A stretch of 62,382 nt of DNA, the filler included, from Jimgerdemannia flammicorona (Eukaryota): NCBI GenBank assembly GCA_003990765.1. It is 3 parts of 3 records of this genome, joined end to end, with 100 filler letters (N's around TTAATTAATTAA, not from the genome) between each part and the next. Parts side by side here need not be neighbours in the genome. Positions count along the whole stretch, not along the records: positions 20,835 to 41,567 come from RBNJ01001600.1; positions 41,668 to 62,382 come from RBNJ01001602.1; 1 more part is not named here. One strand, given 5' to 3'. The notes under the pieces are model-generated. The model saw only the letters and a list, made by a program, of their open reading frames with translations. It was not told the DNA's origin and did no database searches. The first letter of the stretch is position 1. Every line of letters starts with the position of its first letter. Positions 34,501 to 47,400 of the stretch are shown here, piece by piece. The translations under genes and the position numbers were made by a program.

Positions 34501-37454
34501 GAGAATGACTCCTTATGGATGGACTGAGAGGTGGAAGTTATTGCAAAGATTAGCAGGTGGCAGGAACAGGGATTGGTGATTGGGGATTGCTGGTAGTGGC
34601 TGAAATCAAGTGCTCAGAGGTACTGGAGAGAGGCAGAAAAAGGAAGGAGTGTTCAGCAGTGGTAGTGGGTACTGTGGGCTTCACAGAGATTGGCAGTACT
34701 TCTGGAGAGGTGGGCCAGGTCACTGGAGGATTGGGGGCAGCCAATTGGCATATTTAGTAGATACAAAAAGAAGTCGATGAGCTAAAGAAAGTATTATAAA
34801 TGGAGGAAGAAGTTCAGCTGAAGGGGATGGTGGCAAGACTGTGGTGGCAGGAGTTGGAGGAGAGGGAGAGACCCACTAGGTTTCTTTTATGGTTACTCCA
34901 AGCTTAGAGAATCAGACAGTGGTGGGATGGTATTTTAGATGAGAATGGGGAGATGGTAGTCAGGACTCCTAAGATTTTGGATTTACTGAGGACTCACTGG
35001 GGGAATTTATAAAGTGATGAAGAACAGGGTGAGGATGTCCAGAATATTGAACAGTAGTTGGAGAATTGGTATCTAGAACCAGCTCTGGGTCTGGGGGCAC
35101 TGGGAGATCCAGTGAGAAGAGAGGAAGTATATGAGGTCTTGGCTTTAACAAGTAAGGGGACAGCTCCAGGAGAGGATGGGCTTCTCTGGGATTTTTGAAA
35201 GAAGATGGCTGGGGTGGAGATGGTATTAGAAGAGATGACAGCAATGAGTAATAAGGTCCTTCAATCTGGAACTTGGATTGGGGGCCAGTACCTAGGGCTG
35301 GTCTTCTTGCTCTATAAGAATAAGGGAAGGAGGGAAGATTGGAAGAACTGGTAGCCAATCATACTCCTGGACATGAACTGTAAGCTAGTGACAAAGATCT
35401 TAGTGGCTAGGCTTTAGGGGATTACTCAGCTGGTACTAGAAGTGGAACAGAGGATTTTTTGGTGGCTGGTTGATCTGAGATGGAACTGCTTGGGTCTATG
35501 AGATAATTGAAGGAGCTTGGGTAGCTGGAGTTGATGGCTGGTTAGTATTTCTGGATCAGAAGAATACATATGATAGAGTGAGGAGGGTCTGGCTAGAGGA
35601 AGTGCTGAAGTATATGGGAATTCCCCAAGAGTTTAGGAGGTCATTAATCAGTCTATTGGAAAACAGTCAAGCAGCATTGGTGGTGAATGGGCACAGGGAT
35701 GTGACTTTTCTGCTAGGTTGTAGGGTGCTACAAGGGGATCCTTTGTCATCCATTTTATATGCCCTTTTCTTGGAGCCTCTGTTGGATAGGATTTGGCATT
35801 GAATTGGGAGTTTGGATATTTTGAGAATTAACTAGAAGATGGGTGCTTTTGCAGATAATATGGTGGTTGGCCTGGGTTCATTGGAGGATGTGGAGGAATT
35901 AAGGAGGACTGTGGAATGGTATGAGAGGGGCTCAGGTGCTAAACTCAACTAGTACAAATGTGAGACTCTAGTGCTAAGTAGTGGAATAGTTGGCAGTGAT
36001 GTGATTGAAATAGTAGTTCCAACAGGAGAACCAGTCTGATACTTGGGAATCTACTTTTTGATGTATGGGTCCCTTCTGCCCCATATATAGTGGGAATAGC
36101 AGCTACTAGTATAGGGGAACATTCTCTTAAGGTGGGATAGTTGGCATATATCCTTGGCAGGAAGGGTAATGGTGCTGAATGTGTATTAGCTGCCAAAGCT
36201 ATAGTATGTGGAGTATCATTTGGACTTCTCAGTATGGGTGGTCAGGTGACTTCTGAAAATAGCAAGATCATGAATTTAGGCTTAGTGGCATAGTCAGATA
36301 GGCTGGGAGGTTCTGACTCTACCTGTTGACAGAGGCAGGCTGGGCTTAGTAGACTTCACCAAGCACCTATATTGTCTGAGAGCATAATAGCTGAAGAGGG
36401 CAAGTGAGTCAAGAGGCTGAGAGTGGGTGCTACTTCTATAGAGGGTGTGGGAAGTCCAGTATTCTCCCTATAAAGTGACCAGTGACCTGCTTGTAATGGT
36501 GGCCATAGATAGAAGCAAGAGGATATGGTTCAAAGGCTTTTGGTAGGGTGTGGTCAATAGTGTAAAGAGAATTGGACTTTGGTGAAGGGGTGATAAGAGG
36601 GAGGAGGACTGGGGACTATGGATATGGAGATGAGACTGGCTACTGCTGAGAGATACATTGATGGAGGATTTTTAGCTTGGCAATGGAATGGAATGTATGC
36701 AGGGGCTTGGGGAAGACATGTGGCCTGAAGCATGGCAAAGGGTAGAGATTGGTGAAAAGTGGGACTGAAATAGTGTTTGGCTTTGGAGCAAATGAGTGAT
36801 GTTATAGCTTCCCCCCAAGTTCTGGATAGTATAGTGGAGGTTTCTATGGCAAAATGTGATGCTGAACTATTAATCAAGGCACTTGGTGGCAGATGGCACA
36901 TTTGAGTATGAGGAATGCTTAGACATTGGTCAGGAGGGGGGAGTGATACAAATGCCTAGGAGAGTGTGAAGTTTTGAGAGAGTTTTGACACAGTATTATT
37001 AGTAGACTAGAATTGCAGTCCCTGGAGGAGAGAGAAGGAGGGAGATGGGGGGACCTCTGATATAGGTTAGTAGATAGAATTGGGAATGAATGGTTGATCT
37101 TGAGATGGACTCTGACAATCTGGATAGGGCTGGCCAGTCATTGGCTTTATGTCTTTGAGGAGGGCCAGTGGGTTGAAGTTGGAGCTAGGGTAGCATATTG
37201 AGAATGGTTACTACTTGTCATTTTGAATAGTTGGTAGAGAGGGTGGGGACTGGGTAGAGGGGGGCCATCAGAATCTGGTGAACTATATTTGCAAGAAGAG
37301 TATAGAGAGGGTTCAGGTGGTAGGTGGGTAGGTTGTCCTTTGGCAGAGAGGAATGAAGAGTAGGGAGAGGGATCTGAGGGGCATTGGCTGAGGGGTTGTG
37401 GGTATATGTGTATTATTATTTATAAATTAAGTAGTAATAAATTGAAGTCTGAGT

Positions 37455-37489
<35 letters not shown>

Positions 37490-39170
37490 ACTACTCCACT
37501 CTCTTATCTATATCTATCTATTCAATCTTTCTTTATAGTATATATTCTACAGCAAAAAAGATCTGCCTCCAAATCCTTCAGCTAAGCAAATATGTTTTGA
37601 TATTTCACAGAACTCTACAGACTATTTACATTTAATGAGAAAATATTAGTTATATTGTTTATAAAAAAAAAATTATTATATTGCAGTTCTATCTCCTTTA
37701 TAGTTCTACACTTATCTCCTCTTTAGCTATATTCAGATTATACTCTGCAATTACTTTCTTCTCCTCAATCTTCTTAGTATCTAATCTAGCCAGTATCTCA
37801 GCAATCTTCTCATCATTCTTAGCCTATATTTTATCTATTACTCTATTATCCCTCAACACTATTGGTCAGAGCTCCTCACTGATAATATATAAGTCTATCT
37901 CTCTCAACTCCTCTATAGTCAACTCATTTATCATTATACTTATCCATTATATATCACCTATATATTTTCTATCTAGAGTTCTAGGCTTCCCCTCTGTTAG
38001 TAGTATAGTATCAGCTCTAGTACTAGCAGACTTGTCCCACTTCTTCTCTGAAATGTTATATAGCTCATCCTCCTTCATCTCAATCATCTGTCCTCTCTTT
38101 GCCACATCTGGTACCCTAAACTGGACCCTATATATGTCTCTCATCTCCACATCCTCTACAACTCTTCTTTCTCAAACATCTGCCTATACTGAGTATTCCT
38201 TCTCTTACATTAATACTGAAGGCCAGTCTTTAGCCTTTTCAGTAATCTCTCTCTTAGCAAGCTAAAGTTATAGTCCACATCTCTTATTTTAAATAAGGTC
38301 TCCTCCTATACTTAGAATCCAACATCTGTTATCTCTCTATACTTCTTTATAATCTTCTCAACCCTCCTTCTTATTTTAATAGTTATCAATATGAGTACTC
38401 CTTTTATCAGAAGCTATATAACTCTTAAATCTCATCTCAGATATCAAGCTATTAGTACTATCATTTTATCAACTAGTAACTCAGTTCTCATAGACTCTAC
38501 TAATAATCTCTCTTTCTCAAACTCACCTCAACTCTCTCCAGCTTATACAGAAACTTCACCAAGACAGCTCTAGTCTACTAGTTTACAATTAGACCCAAGA
38601 CTATCTTGGCCATCACCACTAGCTTCAGAAATACAAAGTAACTGTGAATTTCAAAATTGACTTCTTGAGTAATAGGGCTACTACTAGGTCTATTATACTA
38701 TCTGCCAGATCTTTCTTCTCTATATACTCTATCTGCTCAGCCTTATTATCAATAGTTACATCTGGATTTTTTTTTTTCAGATCTATCATCACCTTTCCAT
38801 CAGTAGTCATACTCTGACTATTTATCTTAAATTCTCCAATCTCTATACTAACTCCACTAGACAATATCCCTCCAGCCCTCCTAGCTCTTGACTTCTCCTT
38901 CTCTTTCTATCATCTATATATCTCTAGTATCTCCAGACCAATCTCCCACCTTCATCTTATTGGCAAAACTCAACTACTCTAACCTCTTGCTACATATCTA
39001 TGCTAAACTGTAGTTCTCCTCCAATATCTCTCTGTCACTTGTACTACTAAAGAATTCCATCTCTATACCATATTCTCTCCTGACATACTGTCAGTCAAAT
39101 ATCCTATATCTACCCAACTCAGTATTCTATCAGATCTTCTCATTTATTAATATATTATTAATATATATAT
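31540..39170 (-). mobile_element. Older antiparallel LINE of the same family (ORF1 and start of endonuclease), split by the 31706-37485 insertion
   Basis: VVALLLKKSILKFTVTLYF (38625-38864) matches ORF1 of the plus-strand LINE. NITNIFSLNVN endonuclease start at ~37650. The reading continues at 31540-31690. Confidence 0.75.
31706..37485 (+). mobile_element. Full-length decayed non-LTR retrotransposon (L1/Tx1-like LINE)
   Basis: ORF1 remnant ~31900-33700. APE endonuclease IFSLNVN..GSYYCP..GGDFN..DH (~33750-34500). RT LQGDPLSSILYALFLEP and GAFADNMVV (~35730-35870). Poly(A) at 37461-37485. ~15-bp TSD CTATACTACTCTACT / TTATACTACTCCACT. Confidence 0.9.
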
Positions 39171-39576
39171 ATTTTTTAAAAACTATATAAAAAGTATTGT
39201 AAGTTATTTATATAATATGAGTTATATTAGATAAAGATATTGAGTTTAGACTCTCTCTACTACTATAATACTGAAATTAGATAATCTATCAATAGGCTAC
39301 TGAAGGATATTTAGAAATATTTTTATAATAATACAAATAACTATTTCTATATTAATGAGGATTTTTGTCTTTTGTTCTCTAATATCTCTATATAGATATA
39401 CTGATATATCTCTCTATAATCTATAGTAGTTAGTGCAGGTTCTTGTTATGAGATTGAAACTTAACCTATACTAGATCTAGTAGTCCTTAATAGTTTATTT
39501 CAAACTCCAGTAGATATTAATTATAAGAATTATAAGAGAGAGACTTCTATCTTGACTTTTTAAATTTTCTTTATAG

Positions 39577-41050
39577 TGTAACATGCCTGGCTCAATGGAG
39601 GCAAATTACAAGGTTGGGGGTTGATGTAGTTTGGCTTGAGCCTCCAGTTACTTTGTCAAAAAGCAATAAAATGTTCTAAGATTCCTGAGGTCTGTGGTGT
39701 TTAGTGATATAATAGTCAAAGCTAGATATCTGCAAGTGATTTGTATGTCAATTTCCTAATTGGGATAGTTCTATGGGTGTAGCGGCAATTCAGGTGTATG
39801 TGTGTGTGAACAGATTTTCTCCTTGGATCAACTGAGAATAGTAGAATTTCATGTATAGTATGATGATCTCTATGTGTAATAGTTTAGCAATTCAGCAGTT
39901 CTCCTTCTTGGGTGGTGGGCGATTTCTGTGTAGTACAATGATCTCATAACAGTCTGGCAATTTAGTAGTTCTCCTTCTTGGGTAGCAGGCAATTTCTGTA
40001 TAGCATGACAGGTTCCTTATGTAGGATGTTCTGATAATTTGGTGGATAACTCGATTTGGCTTACAGGAAATTATACTGGTAGTAGATATCTTAGTAACTC
40101 AGGCTCACTGAGAACAATGGATAACTTTGGATAGCATGGATAATTCAGACAATTGGGAATACTGCTCGAATGGTACAAGTTCTTCTGAATTGGGTTCTTC
40201 TGGGAATATGATGGTGCAGAATCTTCCTAAATTGGTGGCTTCAACTGGGAATGTGGCAGTTAACTTAGAAATGGCAGATGATGCAGATTCTTCTGAATTG
40301 GTGGCTTCAACTGAGAATTAACTAGGATTCTTGGCAAGTTACGTCAAAGACTGGCTTCATTTGTATGGGGTTATATTGTAGACTGGCTCCACTGTGAAGT
40401 TGCGTCAGAAAGACTGGCTTGTGGTAAGAATGGCAGCGAAAACTTAGGTTGTTCAAAAGGTGGCAAAGTTCTTCCTTGAACTTTGGCAGCAAATCTTCAG
40501 GCTTAGTCTGATAAGCATACCAATCAATCTTTGTATCAGAAAGTAGACCAGAGTGGAAAGGGGACCAATGCTCAATCTTTTGAGGCTTCTTTGGTGTTTG
40601 TATTTTAGACTTGTTCTTTGTATCAGAAAGTGGACTGGAGTGGGAAAATAAGCTCACAATCTCCTAGCAGTGGCTGTAGAGTTCCTCTTGCAGTGTGGTA
40701 GGCAGACTTGTCTTTTGCTTCAATTTTGGACTGAGGTTTATTCACTCTTGTCTCTGGGATAATTTATACAAGTTGGTTGCTATCTGGTTACTATGTGGCT
40801 AACTATAGATCTGCTACTTATGGTAGGTGTATAGAGTCTGTATGGTGTACAGGACCTGTACAGTATACAGAGTCTGTATAGTGTACAGAGTCTGTATAGG
40901 TAAACAGACCCTATCTGGTATGTTCAGCTAATTATACAGTTTCTGCAGCAATGGTTGCTGGTTACTATACTGTATGTTCATGTCATCTGGCTAATTGTTC
41001 ACATCATCTAGTTAAGGTATAATTCAGGTGGTATATCTTGGTTAGTCACA
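39577..41050 (-). mobile_element. Putative unusually long (~1.47 kb) 3' LTR with degenerate internal coding-like sequence
   Basis: On the minus strand a PPT-like GGGGGCTGA is followed by TGTGAC (41050) ... TGTTACA (39577). It contains internal duplications and ORF 40322-40657. Confidence 0.45.
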
Positions 41051-41061
41051 TCAGCCCCCAC

Positions 41062-41567
41062 TGTAATGGTTCTAGTTTCTAAATGAGGAAGTGACTAATT
41101 CTGGTAGTCCTAAGTAGCTTGAAGAGATACTAAGGATTCAAGTGTTCTCAAAGAATTTCTGGGAGAAAATATTCTGAGACTTTATTCATAAGGACAAAGG
41201 GGATATTTATACAAGATCTGAAAGAAGGATCCGGAAGGATCTGAGAAATCAAAGGAAAATGCCAAGAGGAAAGTTCTCGGCAAAGATGACAAATGATGAC
41301 AAATAAAGTTCTACAAGTTTCCAGGACATTCAGTGACTAACTAAATAAGTACTAGTTAATACTCGGTGCCAAGAAAGGATTTCTAAGCATTCGGAAAGTA
41401 CCAGAAGGTCATAGAATATTGGAGAAAGATAAAGAAAAGGAATAAACTATGCTAAAATGTTACATCTCCCCCTCCTTAAGAATCAATGTCCTCATTGAAT
41501 TCTCAAAGTTACACATGATAAACAATAAGACTAAAAGAAACTTCAAATTAAATATACTGACTCATTG
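41062..41567 (-). mobile_element. 3' LTR and PPT of a Gypsy related to copies 1 and 2, inverted, with its body lost in the gap
   Basis: LTR 41062-41464 is a reverse-complement homolog of the TGTAACA...CCATTACA LTR. It is preceded on the minus strand by TTCTTAAGGAGGGGGAGA. Confidence 0.85.
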
Positions 41568-41667
41568 NNNNNNNNNNNNNNNNNNNNNNNNNNNNNNNNN
41601 NNNNNNNNNNNTTAATTAATTAANNNNNNNNNNNNNNNNNNNNNNNNNNNNNNNNNNNNNNNNNNNN
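41568..41667. other. Assembly gap with six-frame-stop linker
   Basis: 44 N + TTAATTAATTAA + 44 N. Confidence 0.97.
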
Positions 41668-43210
41668 CCCCCTACTTCTTCCTGATGAAAGGCCACTTTG
41701 TCTAACACTATCTCTATTCTCCCACCACTCTGCTTACAGATTCTTGTCACCAAACCATGATATCACCCCACCTGAGGACTCCAATCCACCCATCATCCAG
41801 TCAGCAGATCCCCCAACCACTCCTCCCACTGTAATATCTTCTTCTGTAGTCCTATCTGCCACTCCTCCTTAAATACAAAAAGCCAATGTCCAGCCAGGCC
41901 CACCCACACTGCTAACACCCACCCTACAGTAAGCCAACTATCATCTACACCACCCACTAGCCAAGATCTCAAGTCCTCCCAGTGGTCTCCCTCACCCACT
42001 GGCCTTCACTCCACACCCAGTCTATTCTCTATTTCTACCCAAAAGTCCCCCAAAACCTCACACTCTCCCAGCCAATGTTCCAGTATCTGTATAAGTCCCC
42101 CTGCTTACCCTATATTATAATACTTCTTACAATCAAAATGGCCACCATCCACCAGATGCTCAGTACAGAAATTCAACATAACATTTCTCTGCAGCATTCA
42201 CCACTATACTACCCAGAACTTGAGAGGAAGCTACCACTGCACCTCAGCACTCCAAGACCAGATATCTGCCCAGTTCTACTCCTTGCCAATCCCTGCTACC
42301 TGCCAGCCACTTGGCCAAAGATTCTGACCAAGACCCTGCTGACACTCCACTCTATCCCCAATATCAAACTCAGCAAGTAAAGCACCCCCCAGGAGCAGTC
42401 TATCCCATTGCCACATATCTGGCCCCTACATCACCTCTCCCTCATTGCCTTGCCAGTATAGGCTAATTCAGTGTGCTCCATCTACCACTCTCTACCAAAA
42501 GCCCTTAAACCATAGCCGCCGATTTCCATTCAGCCCCACCAAAGAGAGCAGATCTCCCAAAGACCCTTAAGGGGAGGTTCTCATCTCCTACACCTTCTGC
42601 AGCAGTGGTACCCAACCCCCTCCCTGAAGTTCAGCAGCTCTCTTCAACCACCAGGATCACAAGCAGTACAACCTCTTAGGGAAATCTATAAGGCCAAGAC
42701 CTCTTCTAACTACCAGTGTTGCAAGAGTATCCCAACTGATCTGGGACCTCCTCTCTGCCCAAATCTAATCTCTAGCTACCTTTGTCAGCCTCTTCACCAC
42801 CCAAGCTGGGAAGTCTAGGTAATAGGCTATATACTATAGCTTGGGAAACTAGTAGACATTCAGAATTGACACCCACCCTATCAGAGAGATATAGCAGCCT
42901 CCCCAACCTCAAAGGGCCTCTCCCCAAATGGTCACTCTGCTCTCCCACCATACTTATGGTAAGACAGAACTATATACAGAAAGGAAGATGCCCAGATCCC
43001 ACACTACCTCGCCAGTAGAGACAATTGTTCCAATAATGTCCCCACCCACTAACCTATTCTCTAGCACCATTGTCTCACACTTATGCCAGTTGAGCTTCAT
43101 CTCAGAGTAAGCCTCATACTATTCCACTATCCTCTTAAGTGCCTTGACATCTGCCACAGACCTAAGTCCAACCACCATATTGTCAGCAAAGGCCCCCACC
43201 TTCCACACTA
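41668..43210 (-). mobile_element. LINE ORF2 fragment (RT C-terminal half)
   Basis: Minus-strand KVGAFADNMVVGL at ~43165-43203 and downstream homology to the 35850-37350 region of the plus-strand LINE. Confidence 0.8.
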
Positions 43211-43214
43211 TACT

Positions 43215-43930
43215 ATATATAGTTCTGAATACTCTCTTTGAACTTTATTTAGAGATTGAATAGTTGCATTTTCAAGAAGAATCTATTTGATGCAGATGCC
43301 TATTGGTAATAATTGTATAAGATCTTCCAGACTTCATTTACTATCATAGTATTGATGATAAGATTTATTTATATATATATTTGAAAGAGTAAATGTAATC
43401 TCTCTTAGTACTTTACAATCCTTTATAGTATTGTATCCTGTTATTTATACCTGTGACTTTTAGTAGTCCTCCAGATCATATTCTTTCAAGAGATTCTTCA
43501 TATAGTATACCTATATAATATAATCCTTATTGTTAAAAACAGGAATTATTCTATTTACTGTTATTGTTATTAGTACTACTGATAGTTATGACTATTGTAA
43601 TAGGTATACTCACAATGTCAGTACCCATTTCATGTCCCATTCTACTTATACTACTTGGCAGACTTGTGTTTGATGTATCAGGTAGGTTTGATATCTTCTT
43701 TATATATATAGTATAGCATATATATTAGAGAGATATATATCTACTAGTAGGACTCATAATATTTTATTTTAGAATACTTAAAATAAGGACAGGTAGAGAA
43801 GAAAGAAGTAGTAATTATTTATTGATAGCTTATATAGTTTTATATATATTAATAATATTTATAGAATGACTTAGTTAGACTACAGATATATCATCATATA
43901 TTGAGTTACTATAACTGAGATATTTCAATA
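43215..43930 (-). mobile_element. Truncated, older Copia relic (5' LTR, PBS and gag start) related to 51911-56903
   Basis: Translates IPVFNNKDY..MKNLLKEYDLEDY..., matching IPVFDSKDY..MKNLLEECGLEDY of the younger Copia. PBS remnant GACTCATAA at ~43752. LTR-like end ATTTCAATA at 43930. Confidence 0.75.
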
Positions 43931-44486
43931 TTTTATATTCTCTCAGACTTTCACATTTATTTCTAACAATCTAAACTCATAAGTATACAACAATTCCATC
44001 TCTCAATTCTCTCTTTACTCTGTTTACAAATATTCTCCACTAAGTATCAGTAATGACTATCTATCACTAGCTAGACAATATATCTCCCATTAACTACTTC
44101 CATCTTACCACTGTCTCCTTTAAGCTTAGTTACTGATTTTCCTTAAAATCATATAGCCAATAATTAGCCAACCTTACTTATAATGTCAAAGCCCACTATC
44201 AGTAAGCTATATACTCTATCAACCTTGCTCTCAAGTCTCTCTATCAATCTCCAATCTCATCTGCCCTCTTCTTTACTTCTAGATAACTCTTAGCTACCTT
44301 TCAGAAGTTATCAGTAACAATACATTTTACTTAGCTAATATTCAGATATCTACCTCCTACCCTATATTAAGGCACTCTTTATAATCAAAGCACCTGCCAT
44401 CAAATAAATAGTCTGAATAAAAGTTCAATATAATATTCTATCTTAGCAAATACTACCATATTACCCAAAATCTCAAAGAGAGCTAC

Positions 44487-47400
44487 TGTAACAATTTCAC
44501 AGTCATATTTAGTCTTAGTATATTTTCATGTCTTTTAGTTAGTCTTTTCTTATTATTTCTTAAATATTCTACTATGTTCCATTACCTTCTACTTGCTTAG
44601 AAACCTTCTCTTGGCATCCAGACACTACTAGAACATTCTTGTCTTTCCTTGGTACCAAGCATCTTATCTTAGCTAGTCATGGAACCTTTTGGAACATTGT
44701 AGAATAGTATTAGTCAGCTTTGCCAAGAATCTATTTCTTGGCATTTCTCTTTCTTTCCAAGATCTTTCTGGATCTTTTTTTTAGATCATATATAAATATC
44801 CTTGTTCTCTGTCTAAATAAAGCTCAGAATATTTTCTCTTAGAAATCCTTCAAGAATACTTGAACCTTTAAGTATCTCTTTGAGCTACTTTAGGTCAACA
44901 AGAACTTTCAGATTTAGCTGCTTCCTCTTAAAGAAACTAGAACTATTACACTTGATAACAGCAGTATCATTATATCTTGTCTTATTAAGAAACCTCACAC
45001 AAATTTGGAAACCAGTCACAACTAGTCACATAAACCTAAAATGAGCCACAAAGAGTCAGTCTACCAGCCAGATCTCTCTGCTATAGAAGAAGCAGGAGGA
45101 TTGCAGCTCAATATAGAAGATATGATTAATACTATAGCTCTCTAAATTCAAGAACTTCAAGTACAACTAGAATACCAGAAAACACAAACTATAGGAAAAT
45201 CACATTCTGCCATAGTATCAGTCAGTTTCAAGTCACTCAAGCTAGATACCTTTGATGGCTGTCAAGGAGAACTATCTACAGATGCATGGACCTTCCAATT
45301 GGACCAATACTTTGAACTTACAAGAATGGAAGATGACATGCAAGTTCAATTTGCCATCACACTCCTCTGAGAAAATGTAGCCATCTGGTAGTACAATCAT
45401 ATCATGGTTATATCTATACACTTATATATATGAATCAGAGATTAGAAAGCTTTCAAGAGAGCTCTTCACAAGTAGTTCAAGCCTGCTAATGCTACCAAGC
45501 TAGCCAGGGACAAGCTAGTGAACATCAAGTAACTCAAGTCTGTGCAAAGCTATAATATACAATTCTTGTCAATCCTACTTGAGCTACCAGTGGTATCTGA
45601 GGATAAAAAGATAGACTGCCATGTCTGAGGTCTGAAGGGAAACACATGAGTCAAGGTTGAGCTAGAAGAGTCCAAATCTCTAAATAAAGCCATAAGAATC
45701 ACTAATAGATTTGATATCATCACCTTTGACAACTGCTTCAAACCAGAATGCTACAAGAAGAACTACTTTGAGAACTGACACAGAAACCAACTAAGGAAGT
45801 TGGTCCAGCACTAATGGACTTAGATACTATGAATAAAAAGAACACCAAGCTCACTCCTGAAGAAAATAACTGCCTAAAGAAATCTGGAGCCTATTTCTTC
45901 TATCACCAAACAGGACATATTGTAACCAAATATCCTAGGAAGACTAGCAGACCCTCAAGACCAGTCACCATGTTGTTCAAGGATACACCTGTCAATCTCA
46001 CTACTAGTTAACTTGAGCTCAAGGTCAAGAAGCTTTATCCAAAGGCCGAGGTCCCTTAATATCAAACAGAAGTAGCCATTGGCCTTGACCTACACTCAGT
46101 CAAACAAGTCACTATTTCAGCCAAGAGCTGTACTCTGGTGCCTACTGAAATTATAGTTCAATGCCCTGAAGAATACTATACTAGAATTGTACTGCAATCA
46201 GGACTCAGTGTCAAACATCATTTAGATGTTAGTACTGGTATCATTGATCTAGACTTTGGAGAACAAGTTCAAGTCTTGCTTATCAACCAAAAGGATCAAG
46301 ACTATACAGTTAAAGAAGGAGACTGAGTCATGCAAATGATCCTGGAAAAAGCCAGTCAACTCAAGATTACAGAAGTCCAAGAACTCTCTGAAACTAAATA
46401 AGATCAAAATGATTTTGGCAGCACTGATCAAGCAGCAAGTCTTAGTGAAAATTGTGCTCAAGCTATGCTCATTTTCAATGGCCTAGTCAAAGGGAAAGAA
46501 GTTTAAGTACTCATAGACGGTGGAGCTGCAGAGAACTTTATCAATCAGAATCTCATCAAAAGCCTCAATATCCTCACCAAGCTTGTACCCAAGAACAATA
46601 GTATAGTCACTGCAGATGGTACTCTGCACCCATTGAGTCAATTGCCACCAAACTGCCCATCAAATCCAGAAATATTGGAAATGAGTAGACTTTAAGATTG
46701 TATCACTAGGAGATCATAATCAGATCTTAGGAAAACCCTGGCTTACAAAATACAACCCAGATATTGATTGGTACAAGAATGAAGTTACCTTACTTCAAGA
46801 TAGAGCCAACATTATGATCAAGACAGATAAGACTATGAGCAAGACCCAGATTGCAATACTGTCAGCTATATAGTATAAGAAAGTACTCAAGAAGACAATG
46901 TATACCTTTGTTATAATGATCTGCCCCAAGAAATAAAACAAGAGACTATCAGTCAACAAAAGCATCAAGCTACTGCTAAAAGAGTTCAAGAATGTCTTTT
47001 TAGACAAGCTACCTGGTCTACCACCTATATGAGAAGTTGATCATGAAATTGAACTGACCCCAGGAGCTGTACAACCTAAGAAATACATGTACTATATATC
47101 ACCACTCAAAATTGAAGCAGTCAAGAAGAAACTGGAAGAACTACTTATATGAAGAGCCATCCAGCCAAGCAAATCTCGTTATGGCTCACCAGTCCTATTT
47201 GTTAAGAAGAAGGATGGTACTCTGCAAATGTATATAGACTACTGTGTACTCAATAAACTCACTGTCAAGAACTACTATCTGCTACCATGGATTGATCAAA
47301 TCTTTAATGCTGTCAAGAATGCCAAGTACTTCACTAAGTTAGACCTCATATTAGGATCTTTAGTGTAACTAAAGAAGAACACCTCAAACACATTTGAATA

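Noticed and set aside
37681..38265. 194-aa hydrophobic ORF resembling a membrane protein
   Set aside because: It is the antisense reading of a decayed LINE ORF1.
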